The notes: generated from the letters alone by a model not told the origin. A stretch of 64,000 nucleotides of DNA from Burkholderiaceae bacterium (GCA_046289925.1 JBKBUN010000001.1:10199-74198); one strand, 5' to 3'; counted from the first letter of the stretch, positions 22,301 through 31,979 are shown. Numbers and translations: made by a program.

Positions 22301-23149
22301 AGTGCCGACACCGCCCGTCGCATGGCCGACTTTGCGCCCGGCGCACGGGTACTGGCCGTGCCGCACCCAGAGCCGGTTCTGGCACAACCGCCCGCCCCCC
22401 ACGCCCCCCGGGTGCTCGACAGCAGTGCCACACTCAAAGTGGCCGTGATCGGAGCACTGAGCGCCATCAAAGGAGCCGACGTGCTGGAAGCCGTGGCGCT
22501 GGAAGCCGCGCGCCAGCGTGCGCCGGTCGAGTTCCACCTGCTGGGCTACGGCTACCGCCACCTGCAAACGCAGCCCCGCTCGCACCTCACCGTACACGGC
22601 CCATATGCCGAAGACGACCTTACAGGCCTGCTGCGGTGGCTGCAACCCGATCTGGTGTGGTTCCCTGCCCAGTGGCCCGAGACCTACAGCTACACCCTCA
22701 GCGCGAGCCTGGCTGAGGGTCTGCCGGTGCTGGTGCCCGACATTGGGGCCATGGCCGAGCGCGTCGCAGGCCGTCCGTGGTCGTGGATCGCCCCATGGGA
22801 CCAAACGCCCGGTCAGTGGCTTCAGCAGATACTGGCCCTGCGCGAAGCCCACTTCGCCACGGGCGCAGCACCTGCGGGCGCACCGGGCACGGCACCTACC
22901 TACCCCGACTGGCACTACACCAGCACCTACCTGCAAGACTGGCCCAGCCCGGCCATCACCGACACGCCCGCTGTGCTAGACGCAGCCTTCCTGCGCGCCC
23001 ATGCACCACGCCAGCAGCCCGCCAACGCAGCCAAGGGCGTACTGCTCGAAACCGTAGTGCGCCTGCGCTCCCACCCACTGTTGCGCGGTGTGGCCCGGCG
23101 CATTCCGCTGCACTGGCAGCGGCGGGTCAAGAGCTGGCTGCAACGATGA
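19391..23149 (+). CDS. Fusion: SAM methyltransferase + beta domain + coiled coil + GT2 + GT-B glycosyltransferase
   Basis: VLDLGCGSG/ADVLEHL; heptad region ~20580-20835; DVIVPVY/LLNSD/GYGEENDF; WPETYSYTL..GLPV. Confidence 0.9.
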   Translation: MTEKNDTLHVYERSIRDGERTSLSVIGSLARPGARVLDLGCGSGSLGRYLAETKRCVVDGLTLNEAEAALARPYYRRVEVADLETADLLGLFGAGQYDHIVCADVLEHLRRPETLLNACEALLAPGGRLLYSIPNAAYSGLIAELMQGEIRYRPEGLLDATHLRFFTRRSLWRFFGHARWQIEAMETIERALPESEFRSAFDALPPAVARYLLGAPDALTYQLVGSAYPHPQPQLPPEATQALPEAAARFTCELYLRRSGVYAEARKRTQSGVVGLGRQTLRFALDAGLDGLRLDLADRPGFMHLFALRLLAADGSLTWEWDARSDAGDLLQRCAHHHLVSAAPQPSVFDGIMLLLSGDDPWLELPVPPSVWHGSALAQGGTLEVDLGWPMSADYLALSQSVRPLQEALRHTREQATQEREQLQARLADTAAALALARQRADGLEATNLTLNRERAQLQDATRRIQQDFDALAQHLRTIENSTVFRATRPIVHAKMRIDRWLGRGTAPASTTTPPPTPTPITPPAQPVDVIVPVYRGLEDTRRCIESVLSSSCHTDYRLVVINDASPEPEVTAWLRERAATDARITLLENEHNLGFVGTVNRGMALNADHDVLLLNSDTEVANDWLDRIRRAAYADRRIASVTPFSNNATICSYPRFCADNALPSGYDTARLDALCRDTLAGQAVDVPTGVGFCMYLRRDALSDVGLFDTEHFGKGYGEENDFCQRAANRGWRNLHLLDTFVLHTGGVSFGASKSPREIAAMETLRRLHPGYEPAVHRFVQEDPAREARLQLDLARMRASGLPVVLAVLHDRGGGTLRHVRELAAQLADRCTTLTLSPRPQRCVALKWAGEQEAFELLFRLDDQWDDLLATLRAVGVRHVHYHHLLGHEAPMLSLAAQLGVRYDFTAHDYYSFCTRISMTGNDNRFQGEPVPGLCACCQPHDQAPDGGTVEAWRNRHRDFLRSARYVIAPSADTARRMADFAPGARVLAVPHPEPVLAQPPAPHAPRVLDSSATLKVAVIGALSAIKGADVLEAVALEAARQRAPVEFHLLGYGYRHLQTQPRSHLTVHGPYAEDDLTGLLRWLQPDLVWFPAQWPETYSYTLSASLAEGLPVLVPDIGAMAERVAGRPWSWIAPWDQTPGQWLQQILALREAHFATGAAPAGAPGTAPTYPDWHYTSTYLQDWPSPAITDTPAVLDAAFLRAHAPRQQPANAAKGVLLETVVRLRSHPLLRGVARRIPLHWQRRVKSWLQR

Positions 23150-24474
23150 ACGACACCCCGGACACCATGAACACTGCCACCGACCCCAACCTGCCACTCA
23201 TCGAGCGTGCCCGCCTCGCCATTGAAAACGGCCAGCTCGCCGAAGCCGCCGCAGTACTGAACCAGGCCCGTGCACAGCTTCCCAATGACCCGCGGGTGTA
23301 CATGATGGGCGGCCTCATGGCCGAAAAGGCGGGCAACATCAACGGCGCGTTCCAGCTCATGGAGCGGGGGCTGTCCATCGCACCCGATTGGGCCCCAGGC
23401 ATCATCGTGCTCGCACAACTGCAGGCCCGCCAAGGGCAGTACCCCGAAGCACAGGAAAATGCTGCGATTGCGGTAGCACTGGAAGCGCGCAACCCTGTCG
23501 TGCTCGATGGTGCGATTGAAGTAGCGCACCGCACCGGCAACCTCGACCAAGCTGTGGCCTACCTGCGCAAAGCCCTGGAGGTGCAGCCCAACGACCGCCG
23601 CCTGCGCCTGCTGCTGGCCAAAGACCTGAGCCAGCTCGGCCAGCACGAAGAAGCCATGGCACTGTCCGCGGCCGTGACCACCGAAGTCCCCGAAGACCGA
23701 GCGACCCTCGAAGAGCGCATGCACATCCTGCTGGCAGCGGGCCAGATGGACGACGCCGCGCAGGTCACCGCCACGCTGCTGGCACTGGACCCTGGCAACG
23801 CCATTTACACCTACTACCATGCACGCGCCCGGGGCGAAACGCCCGCCCACCAGCCCGCAGAGATCAACCGCACGCTGTTCGACCGCACGGCCCACCTGTT
23901 CGACCAGCACCTACAGCAAGGCCTGCGTTACCGCCTGCCCCAGCAAACGGCCCAGAAGATCCTGGCCTTGTACCCTCAGAAAAAGCTCAACCTGCTCGAT
24001 TTGGGTTGCGGCACCGGCCTGCTGGGTGCGCAACTGGGCAAGATCGACGGACAGATGGTCGGCACCGACGTATCGCCCAAGATGCTGGAGCAAGCCAAAC
24101 GCCGCCAGCTCTACACCCGCCTGGAGGTGGCCGAACTGCACGACACCCTGCGCAGCACCCCGCCCGGCACCTACGACCTGATTGCCGCGCTGGACGTGTG
24201 CGTGTACGTGGGCGACCTGCGCGACGCCATTCCAGCCGCTTGGCAGGCGCTGGTGCCGGGTGGCCGGCTGGTGTTCTCGTGCGAAATCGGCCTGGAAGAC
24301 GGCCCCGACCTGCACCTCAACCCCGCCACCGAACGCTACGTGCACAAGCGCAGCCACGTCGAGGCGCTGTGCCAGGCCGCCGGGTTTGCGGTCGAGACGG
24401 AGCTGACCGTGCTGCGCTACGAAAAAGGCCAGCCGGTGCAGGGCTTTGTGATCTGGGCGCGCAAGGCGTCCTGA
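23146..24474 (+). CDS. TPR-repeat protein with C-terminal SAM methyltransferase
   Basis: Helical TPR-like N-terminus; LDLGCGTGL, DVCVYVGDL; ATGA overlap with the upstream gene. Confidence 0.88.
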   Translation: MNDTPDTMNTATDPNLPLIERARLAIENGQLAEAAAVLNQARAQLPNDPRVYMMGGLMAEKAGNINGAFQLMERGLSIAPDWAPGIIVLAQLQARQGQYPEAQENAAIAVALEARNPVVLDGAIEVAHRTGNLDQAVAYLRKALEVQPNDRRLRLLLAKDLSQLGQHEEAMALSAAVTTEVPEDRATLEERMHILLAAGQMDDAAQVTATLLALDPGNAIYTYYHARARGETPAHQPAEINRTLFDRTAHLFDQHLQQGLRYRLPQQTAQKILALYPQKKLNLLDLGCGTGLLGAQLGKIDGQMVGTDVSPKMLEQAKRRQLYTRLEVAELHDTLRSTPPGTYDLIAALDVCVYVGDLRDAIPAAWQALVPGGRLVFSCEIGLEDGPDLHLNPATERYVHKRSHVEALCQAAGFAVETELTVLRYEKGQPVQGFVIWARKAS

Positions 24475-24544
24475 CCCTGATCGCCTCTGATCGACGGCGC
24501 TCCCGGCCACGCCACCGCATCGCCACACGCGCCGAGCGCCCCAC

Positions 24545-25405
24545 TCAAGGCCGCTGCAGCAGCAAGAAGATCTCGTTGTTCAACAGCCAGTCGTCTGGAT
24601 AGCGCCCCTGCAGCGCCTGCGGAATCGGCATATCCAGGTAGCGGCGCTCCTCGCGCAGCACTGCGAAGCCCGCCTCGCGCGCCAATGCCACCAGTTCGTC
24701 GGCGGTCAGACGGTTCAACGCGCGGTATTCGTTGAACACAAAGCGCTTGTAGCCCTCCACACCGAAGTCGGCAAAGCCGAAGTCCACCTCGGCCGCGTCC
24801 ATAGGCCCCTGGTGCGCCTCGATCACCTTCCACAACGCGTCTTCGGTCGCCAGCAGGTGATGCCAGGGCACATCGTCGTACCGACGCAGGTGCGAACCCC
24901 AGGGTGAATGGAACAGCGGCTCGATCTGCAAAAAGAACACACCGCCCGGCCGCAGGCACTCCCGCAAGTCGCGCAAGATAGGCAACAGCTGGGCGCGCTG
25001 CACGTGCTCGAAGGTAGACCAGCTCATGATGCCATCCACCGGCGCATGGCGGTCTGCCAGCGGCGTGCCTGGGGCGATGGTCTCGAACGTCAGCGCGCAG
25101 GGCACACGCCGCATGCCCAGTTGCTCGCGGGCAATGCGCGGCAACTTCTCGTATTCACGGCGAATGTCAATGCCATGGATACGCGTGGCCCCGTGGCGCA
25201 ATACCAGCGCCAAGTCGGTAATGCCATCGCCACAGCCAAAGTTTAGCAACCGTGCGGTGCGCAAATCCAGCGCTGCGCCCATCCAGTAATGCACCACGTC
25301 TGCGGCGTAGTCGAAGTGCGCGCGAAACCACTCGTCGCTGATGCGCGAAGCGTCCCAGGGCGCGATACCCCATAGCCACTCCTGCAGTTGTGTCCAGATT
25401 CGCAT
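24545..25405 (-). CDS. Class I SAM-dependent methyltransferase
   Basis: LLNFGCGDG, WSTFEHV, LRPGG. Confidence 0.85.
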   Translation of the reverse strand: MRIWTQLQEWLWGIAPWDASRISDEWFRAHFDYAADVVHYWMGAALDLRTARLLNFGCGDGITDLALVLRHGATRIHGIDIRREYEKLPRIAREQLGMRRVPCALTFETIAPGTPLADRHAPVDGIMSWSTFEHVQRAQLLPILRDLRECLRPGGVFFLQIEPLFHSPWGSHLRRYDDVPWHHLLATEDALWKVIEAHQGPMDAAEVDFGFADFGVEGYKRFVFNEYRALNRLTADELVALAREAGFAVLREERRYLDMPIPQALQGRYPDDWLLNNEIFLLLQRP

Positions 25406-25458
25406 GTGAAAAACTGTGTGTGGATGCGGTCTTAGCAGGCCCTCTGCGGCGCAAAGCC

Positions 25459-26394
25459 TCAGACCACCGCCACAGCGCTGTGGTCGCCGCCGCTCGGCTT
25501 GCGCAGCACGTAGGCGTCTTGGTGGTTCCAGAAATGCACACGCGCCTCGTGCACCAGGCACGGCAAGCCCATGGTTTCGGCAATGCGCGCGTGCACAAAG
25601 GCCGGCGAGGTGAAGCTCGTGCCGTACTCGTTCACATCAATGGCCCGCGACTCGCTCGACGGTGCAAAAAAGAAGCCCTCGGCATCCAGCGACACATGGT
25701 CGTATGCAGCAGCCTTCTCGCCATGGGTGCTGAACACCAGCAACCCGCCCGGGGCCACGGCATCCCACAACACCCGAAGCCAACGCCCCCAGGTGCTGCG
25801 TGGCAGGTGGCTGAACAGCGACAGCACGAACACCAGGTCATACCGCTGCGGCCACTCCAGCGCTTCCGGCAGCACCGACGACACCAAGCCCTGCACGCCA
25901 AAAGTCTGGCGCGCAAAGTCCACGGCATCGGGCACCACGTCAGAAACCGTCACCCGCTCGGCCCCCAGCACCTTGACCAAGTGCCGCGTGAAGCGGCCAT
26001 GGCCGCTGGCAAACTCCAGCACCGAGCCGGTCTTGAGCAGCGGCTGTTCTACCGCTTCAAGCAGCAGCATCAGCTCCGACAGCGTGCGCCAACCGTCGGC
26101 AAAGTAATCGCGCAGCGGGTTGCGGCTGGAGGGATGCCCGGCAAAAAAACCAAAGATATCGTCCTGCGACGAAACGGTGCAGTCCAGGCCCATGATGTTG
26201 GCAAACGAGCCATTCAGCGCATGCTGCTCGATCAACGCATGGGCAGCCAGCATGGTATCGGGCTCAGCGCGGGCGCGCTGCAGCACCTGGGCGGCGGCCT
26301 CTCGCTGGCCCATTTGCAGCAGTCGCCGTCCTTCTTCCAGCAAAGCCGCTCCGGGGCCTGCTGCGGAACGTTCGGTCAAGGGCGTCAAAGTCAT
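25459..26394 (-). CDS. Class I SAM-dependent methyltransferase
   Basis: VLEFASGHGRF, SLFSHL, VAPGGLLVFSTHG. Confidence 0.85.
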   Translation of the reverse strand: MTLTPLTERSAAGPGAALLEEGRRLLQMGQREAAAQVLQRARAEPDTMLAAHALIEQHALNGSFANIMGLDCTVSSQDDIFGFFAGHPSSRNPLRDYFADGWRTLSELMLLLEAVEQPLLKTGSVLEFASGHGRFTRHLVKVLGAERVTVSDVVPDAVDFARQTFGVQGLVSSVLPEALEWPQRYDLVFVLSLFSHLPRSTWGRWLRVLWDAVAPGGLLVFSTHGEKAAAYDHVSLDAEGFFFAPSSESRAIDVNEYGTSFTSPAFVHARIAETMGLPCLVHEARVHFWNHQDAYVLRKPSGGDHSAVAVV

Positions 26395-26476
26395 GGGTGC
26401 GGATTATCGGTGGCGCGCGGCGCGGCGCGGCTGCAGCAGGGCCTGCGACAGTACAGCAGGAGGCGTTGCGCGCCGC

Positions 26477-27778
26477 TCAAGACCAATGGTGCGGCAACCG
26501 CACCAAACCCGGCAGGGGCTTCGGAAAGATGAAACGGAAGTGCAGGAACTGAAACCACTGGTCGTATACCGCCAGCCCCGTTTCGTCGAACAGGAACGCG
26601 CTGATCACATAGTCCCCGCTGTGCAGCGGCAGGTCGGGGAATGTCAGCACCGACCGCCAAGTACCATCGGGCAGCGCCTGCGGCGCCGCACCGTCTTCGT
26701 GCGTGGCCAGCGATGTAATGCCCACGCCTTTGGACTGCTCGATCATGAAACCGATATGGGGCCGCTCAGCCCCACGGCCACGGGCAGTGATGGTCACCAC
26801 CAGGTCCTGGCCTTGCAGCACAGGCGGCTGGCCGTCCTGCGGCTCGGTCAGGTTGGCAACCTCCACCGAAAGAATGCAGGCGCCCCCGTGGTCGGCTGGC
26901 GATGCAGTCGGGCGTGCGGCTGCCGCATCGCTGGCCGGCGCCGGGGCTACAAGTTCGCTCGCAGAGTCGGCTTCGACCGCCCCCGCCGGCAGACCATCTG
27001 CCGCGTCGCGCGCACGGGTGTGCACGTCGTAGGCAGCCAGCACGGGCTCGGTAGGCCCGAACATGGCCACCTCTCCTTTGCGCAACCATAGCGCCTGGTC
27101 GCACAAGTGTCGGATGTGGTACGGGCTGTGCGAGCAAAACAGAATCGTGCAGCCGTTGTTGCGAAAAGCCGTGATGCGCTCCACGCACTTCTTCTGAAAG
27201 TGCTGGTCGCCCACAGCCAGCGCCTCGTCAATGATCAGCACATCAGGCTGCACCGCCGTGACCAGCGCAAACGCCAGGCGAACCGTCATGCCCGAGGAAT
27301 AGGTTTTCACCGGACGGTCCAGCGCTTCGCCCAGTTCGCAAAACTCGATGATGGAAGGCTCAAGCCGCTGCATCTCATCGCGGTCGATGCCGATCAGGCT
27401 GCCACCGAAGTACAAATTGTCGCGGCCGCTGAAGTCAGGGTGAAAGCCTGCGCCCAACTCCAGAATGGCCGTCACACGGCCCACGCGGTCGATGCGACCT
27501 TCACTGGGCTGCAGCGTGCCCGCCAACAGCTTGAGCAACGAACTCTTGCCCGCCCCGTTGTCACCGATCACGCCAATGCACTGGCCACGCTGCAATTCAA
27601 ACGACACATTGCGCAAGGCCCAGTGGCTGCGATAGGTGACATGCCCGGCAAGCAGCGCACGCAGCCGAGCCCGGGGGGAAGGGTACAGACGGTATTCCTT
27701 GCCCACACCCTGCACGCGCAACACGGTGTCGGCCGAAGGCGCAGCGGCGCTCGCCATTAGGGGGGAGTGCGCACTCAT
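26477..27778 (-). CDS. wzt: Polysaccharide ABC exporter ATPase with C-terminal Wzt_C domain
   Basis: GDNGAGKS, YSSGM, IIDEALAVGD; extra beta-rich C-terminal domain. Confidence 0.93.
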   Translation of the reverse strand: MSAHSPLMASAAAPSADTVLRVQGVGKEYRLYPSPRARLRALLAGHVTYRSHWALRNVSFELQRGQCIGVIGDNGAGKSSLLKLLAGTLQPSEGRIDRVGRVTAILELGAGFHPDFSGRDNLYFGGSLIGIDRDEMQRLEPSIIEFCELGEALDRPVKTYSSGMTVRLAFALVTAVQPDVLIIDEALAVGDQHFQKKCVERITAFRNNGCTILFCSHSPYHIRHLCDQALWLRKGEVAMFGPTEPVLAAYDVHTRARDAADGLPAGAVEADSASELVAPAPASDAAAARPTASPADHGGACILSVEVANLTEPQDGQPPVLQGQDLVVTITARGRGAERPHIGFMIEQSKGVGITSLATHEDGAAPQALPDGTWRSVLTFPDLPLHSGDYVISAFLFDETGLAVYDQWFQFLHFRFIFPKPLPGLVRLPHHWS

Positions 27779-28578
27779 AGCCAGTCCACCAATTGGTCGC
27801 GGCTGCGCGCCACCAGCAGCGACAGCACGCCCGCCAGCAGCAGCACCCAAGCCAGGGTGACACCCCAGGTGGCCAGGGGCGGCCACGCCCCTTGCAGCAG
27901 CACTTGCTGGTAGCCCTGCACAAGCCCCGTCATGGGATTGAGCCACAGCGCCCAGCGCCAGCGCTCAGGAAACAGCGCCATCGGAAACAGAATGGGCGAC
28001 AGGTAAACACCCACCGAGAGTGCAAAACCCACAGCCTGCACCGTGTCGCGCAGCGCCGCCGCCAAGATGGCCAGCACATACGCCAACAGCAGGCACAGCA
28101 ACAATTGAAGCCCCAACAGCGCCGGCAGTGCCAGCCAGAATGCGGGCGCGCCCCGGTGCAGCGGCCAGTAGGCCAGCGCCACCAGCAGCAGCAACGGGCC
28201 GTACACCACCGCACTGGCCATCACCGCACGGGCCATGAAAAGCACGGGCGGCAGCGGGTTCTTCTGCAGCAGCCCGCCTGCATCGATCAGGCTGCTCATG
28301 CCGCGCGAAACGGCGTCACAAAACGCCATCCAAGGCAAGGCGCCCACCACCAAAAATGCACCGACGGCCCGCGTGGGCGCGTTGTCGCCCAGGCGCATGT
28401 TGAACACCACGTCGAACACCAAATAGAAGGCGGCCACCGTCAGCAGGGGCTGTAGGTAGGGCCACACAATGCCCATGGCCGTGCCACTGTGGCGGGCGGC
28501 CACTTCACGCCGCGTGAGCACCCACACCAGTCGACGGCCGCGCCACAGGGCCTGGCATTCGTTCCACAAAGCGGTCAT
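27775..28578 (-). CDS. wzm: Polysaccharide ABC exporter permease
   Basis: ABC-2 permease: GIVWPYLQPL, SPILFP, LNPM; overlaps the wzt start. Confidence 0.92.
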   Translation of the reverse strand: MTALWNECQALWRGRRLVWVLTRREVAARHSGTAMGIVWPYLQPLLTVAAFYLVFDVVFNMRLGDNAPTRAVGAFLVVGALPWMAFCDAVSRGMSSLIDAGGLLQKNPLPPVLFMARAVMASAVVYGPLLLLVALAYWPLHRGAPAFWLALPALLGLQLLLCLLLAYVLAILAAALRDTVQAVGFALSVGVYLSPILFPMALFPERWRWALWLNPMTGLVQGYQQVLLQGAWPPLATWGVTLAWVLLLAGVLSLLVARSRDQLVDWL

Positions 28579-28936
28579 GCAAACAAAGAGGTTGGACGGT
28601 TGGGGTTGAAAAAGCGCTCGCGTCAGGCGGGCGTCACAGGGCTTGGGCCATGCGTGGGCGCACAGGCGGCCAGCGCCCGGCGGAGTCAGCTTTGCGCCAG
28701 CCGGGGCCCGACGACCAAGCCCCTCGGTCCGCCTGCACCACGCCCACACCGGCTGCAGTCTGCCGCCTGCCGCTCGCGCGTGGCTGCCGATTGTCCACGA
28801 CTCGGGCACCACCACGGCCACGGCAACACCCGGTGCAGTGCGAAGGCTCAGACCACAGCCCCCTTCCCGCAGGCCGCGTGCTGGCAACGTGCGCTGCCGC
28901 TGCGTCGATCAGCCTGCTTGACCCAGACACCCAACC

Positions 28937-28992
28937 GCTATCAGATTGATAGCTGCTTGTGCTTGGTTTACAAGCACGAGCGGCCGATTCGA
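28937..28992. repeat. Dispersed double-hairpin repeat, family A
   Basis: GCTATCAGATTGATAGCTGCTTGTGCTTGGTTTACAAGCACGAGC. Confidence 0.8.
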
Positions 28993-29159
28993 CCCATAAG
29001 CCATCCGAACAAGACGCCGCCTATTCACCCCCCGCCCAGGGGGGCAAAGACCCGCGTGGGCCTGGGCCCAATGGGTCATGACAGGCTCCTAGGAGCCTGT
29101 AGGCGGGCCCAGCGCGACCGCTGTCGCCACGACGGCAGGGCCCGGCGGGCGCAAACGCC

Positions 29160-30122
29160 TTACTGCCGGGGGGCCACGGCGCGCTGTGCCGCGGGCACGG
29201 CGGCTTCGTAGCGCTTGGCAAAGGCTTCGATGGCCGCGGCATCGGGCTTGGCATTGGCCTGCAGACGCTGGGCTTCGGCCACGCGGGCGTCCTGGATGAT
29301 GCTGGCACGCACCTCCTTCACCAAATCGTCTTTCACCTCATCAAACGGGCGCACACCGGCGGGCTTGCGGTCCAGCAGTTGGATGATGTGGTAGCCGAAC
29401 TGCGACTCGACCAGATCGCTCATGTCGTTCGCATTCTTCAGGGCAAACGCTGCTTGCTCGAACGAAGGCACCATACGGCCCCGGGCAAAAAAGCCCAGAT
29501 CACCGCCCTTTTCAGCACTGCCCTTGTCGGCCGACTTTTCAGTCGCCAGTTTGGCAAAGTCGGCGCCGCCCTTGAGGTCTTGGAGAATCTTTTCGGCTTC
29601 TGCCTTGGACTCGGGCGTGGTGCCCGAAATCAAGATGTGGCGCACCCGAACCTGCTCATCGGCCTTGAAGCGGTCTGGGTTGGCGCGGTACAGCGTGCGG
29701 GCCTTCGCCTCGGCGGCTTCTTGGGAGGGCGCGGCCTTTTGGTCAATACGCTCGATCAGCGCATCGGACAGCACCTTGTCCATGGCCACCTTCAGCGTGG
29801 CAGCCACCACCGGATCTTTGTCCAGGCCTTGGGCCAATGCCTCTGCCGCCATGGCACGGCGCACATACAAGTTGTGGGCCACCTGGCCCACCGTTTGAGG
29901 ACGCGACAGCACCAGCGGCCGCATTTCGGGCGGCATGCGCAGCGCGTCGGCCTGAATGTCCAGCGTGGTAATGGAAATCTTGTCGCCCTGCACCAGGGGC
30001 ACAGCGTCGTTGGCCTGGGCTGCAAACGCAGCACCGCCCAGCAGCGCCATCACCGCCACGGCACGAAGGGGGCGCAGCGCGCGGCCCCGGGTCATGTCAA
30101 CACACAAGCTCATAGTCACCAT
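29160..30122 (-). CDS. Periplasmic parvulin-type peptidyl-prolyl isomerase
   Basis: Signal peptide ...AFAAQA; RHILI, FAKLATEKS, GGDLG, SQFGYHII; start could be 30095 or 30113. Confidence 0.92.
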   Translation of the reverse strand: MVTMSLCVDMTRGRALRPLRAVAVMALLGGAAFAAQANDAVPLVQGDKISITTLDIQADALRMPPEMRPLVLSRPQTVGQVAHNLYVRRAMAAEALAQGLDKDPVVAATLKVAMDKVLSDALIERIDQKAAPSQEAAEAKARTLYRANPDRFKADEQVRVRHILISGTTPESKAEAEKILQDLKGGADFAKLATEKSADKGSAEKGGDLGFFARGRMVPSFEQAAFALKNANDMSDLVESQFGYHIIQLLDRKPAGVRPFDEVKDDLVKEVRASIIQDARVAEAQRLQANAKPDAAAIEAFAKRYEAAVPAAQRAVAPRQ

Positions 30123-30146
30123 GCAAGAAGAAGTGAATTCACCAAT

Positions 30147-30176
30147 AAAAAAGGCGGGGGTCGCCCCCCGCCTTTT
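30147..30176 (-). terminator. Strong Rho-independent terminator after the surface protein gene
   Basis: AAAAAAGGCGGGGG-TCGC-CCCCCGCCTTTT. Confidence 0.88.
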
Positions 30177-30209
30177 GAGATCGCATTGCTGCGATTAAGT
30201 GCCCACGAA

Positions 30210-31919
30210 TTACTTCGTGAAGCGGTGCGGCCAGGTGATACCGTAGGTACCGGCCTTGCCAGCCGAAGCTTGCGGGTTCTCCAGCTTGATGAACGAAGCG
30301 CCCAGGATCGGCAGACCCTTGCCACCGTTGGCGGTGTTGAGCACGCCCCAGCCGTTTTCGTACGAACCGGTCGTCACAGTACGGCGAGCAACGCTGGCGC
30401 CCAGAACCGAGGTGCCCGTGTCACGGAAGGCCAGCACGCTGACTTCACCGCAGAACTGCACGCTGGTGGACGTACCAGGCGAGAACACCGGCACCGTGCT
30501 GCCCGTCGTTTCTTCGCGGTCGAAGAACTTCTGGCTGTCTGCACGCACGCAGATGTTGCCATTGGCATCGACGCTGGTGTTACCAGCCTCGATCGGCGCA
30601 CCTGCTTGTGCGGGGTAGAACATGTCGTCAGCGTGACCCCCTGCGCCCAGGTCAGAGAACAGGCGATACTGTGTCGAAGCCGTTGCCAGGGCCAGCGTGG
30701 TGCCAGCAGCGTAATTGGCGGCCACATTGTAACGGCGGGTGGGCATCGAGAACACCCAGTCGGTCTTGGCCGAGATCACGGCGTCGTTGGCGTACTGGTT
30801 GGTCACCGAGTTCACGCGCAGAGCAGCTTGCAGGGCCTGGGCTTGTGCCAGGGGGGCCGCAGCTCCAGGAGCAGCGTAGAACGGGGTCGACATGTCGGGC
30901 AGGTCGAAGTTCAGCAGGGCCAGCGCAGGCACAGAGGTGGGAGCCGCGTTGGCATTCGTCACCACTTGCGTCGTGCGGAACAGCGGGTCGGCCGTCAGGG
31001 TGTTGGCATCGGCAGTCACCGCCACAGCAGGCGTGTCCAACTGCGGGAAGTGCACGAAGTTACCGCGAGTACCACCGGTCAACTGGATGGCCGTAGCGGC
31101 ACCAGAGAACGTGGTGGTTTGAGGCACGTTGATGATGTACCAGTCACCCATCAAACCCGTGGTGGGGGTCTGCAGACCACGTTGAGCTGCAGCAGCTTCG
31201 GTAGTGAAGCTGGTCGTTGCAATGGTGTCGACCAGCGTACGGGCTGCCGAGCCTGCCACCGAGCAAGGCGCCGTGCCGTTCACGTGCTTGGTAGCGGTGT
31301 ACAGGGGCGAACGCTGCGTACCAGCAGCCGAGGCGGTGCCGTCAGCAGTCCAGGCCGTCACGTTGGTGATGTCGGCCATGTTGAAGATTTCAACATAACC
31401 TTCGCGGGTCAGGTTGGCCTTGGTGGCAGCGTCAGCGTACGAGGGCAGACGGGTTTGCACGAAAGGCTGGGCCACGTTCTTGGTCAGGGCGGGCACCGTG
31501 CAGGTGTTGTCGGCCGTGATGATGTTGGCCACGCCATCGGCGCCAGCCATCACAGCAGCGGTCCACACATCGCCAGGCGACATGAACACCTGGAAGTCCA
31601 GCACGTCATCAGAGTTGGAGGCGCTGCGGAAGCGAACCTTCACCAGCTTGCCGTTGGCTTGGTCGGTGTTGGTCACGTGCAGAACGGTCATGTTGCCGTT
31701 TTGCGCGTTGTAGTAGGGCACCACCAGAGCGTGACCCACGCCGCCTTCGGCCACAGCCAGGCCGGTAGCGTCGCGCGCGGCCATCTTGCCGTCGGTAGCA
31801 ATGGTTGTCGCATCGACAGCCGCACCAGTACCGGCGATTACGCCAGCCAGGGCAGAGCTAGCGAAGCCCAGGCCACCAATCATGGCAGCAATGCTCAGGG
31901 CCATCACATTTTTCTTCAT
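30210..31919 (-). CDS. Exported Ala/Thr/Gly-rich cell surface protein, candidate S-layer subunit
   Basis: Sec signal MKKNVMALSIAAMIGGLGFASSALA; GGAG RBS; frequent GCT/GGT/CGT codons; own terminator; no catalytic motifs seen. Confidence 0.75.
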   Translation of the reverse strand: MKKNVMALSIAAMIGGLGFASSALAGVIAGTGAAVDATTIATDGKMAARDATGLAVAEGGVGHALVVPYYNAQNGNMTVLHVTNTDQANGKLVKVRFRSASNSDDVLDFQVFMSPGDVWTAAVMAGADGVANIITADNTCTVPALTKNVAQPFVQTRLPSYADAATKANLTREGYVEIFNMADITNVTAWTADGTASAAGTQRSPLYTATKHVNGTAPCSVAGSAARTLVDTIATTSFTTEAAAAQRGLQTPTTGLMGDWYIINVPQTTTFSGAATAIQLTGGTRGNFVHFPQLDTPAVAVTADANTLTADPLFRTTQVVTNANAAPTSVPALALLNFDLPDMSTPFYAAPGAAAPLAQAQALQAALRVNSVTNQYANDAVISAKTDWVFSMPTRRYNVAANYAAGTTLALATASTQYRLFSDLGAGGHADDMFYPAQAGAPIEAGNTSVDANGNICVRADSQKFFDREETTGSTVPVFSPGTSTSVQFCGEVSVLAFRDTGTSVLGASVARRTVTTGSYENGWGVLNTANGGKGLPILGASFIKLENPQASAGKAGTYGITWPHRFTK

Positions 31920-31979
31920 ATCAAGAACTCCAGTTAAAAAGTTGGTAAGCGCAACTACCACGATTGATTACGCTTAGGC

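Noticed and set aside
28579-29159. Hidden gene or ops/JUMPstart site upstream of wzm
   Set aside because: ORFs lack motifs and coding style; no GGCGGTAG ops element seen
29379-31937. 852-aa plus-strand ORF
   Set aside because: Antisense to the PPIase and surface protein genes and crosses a terminator
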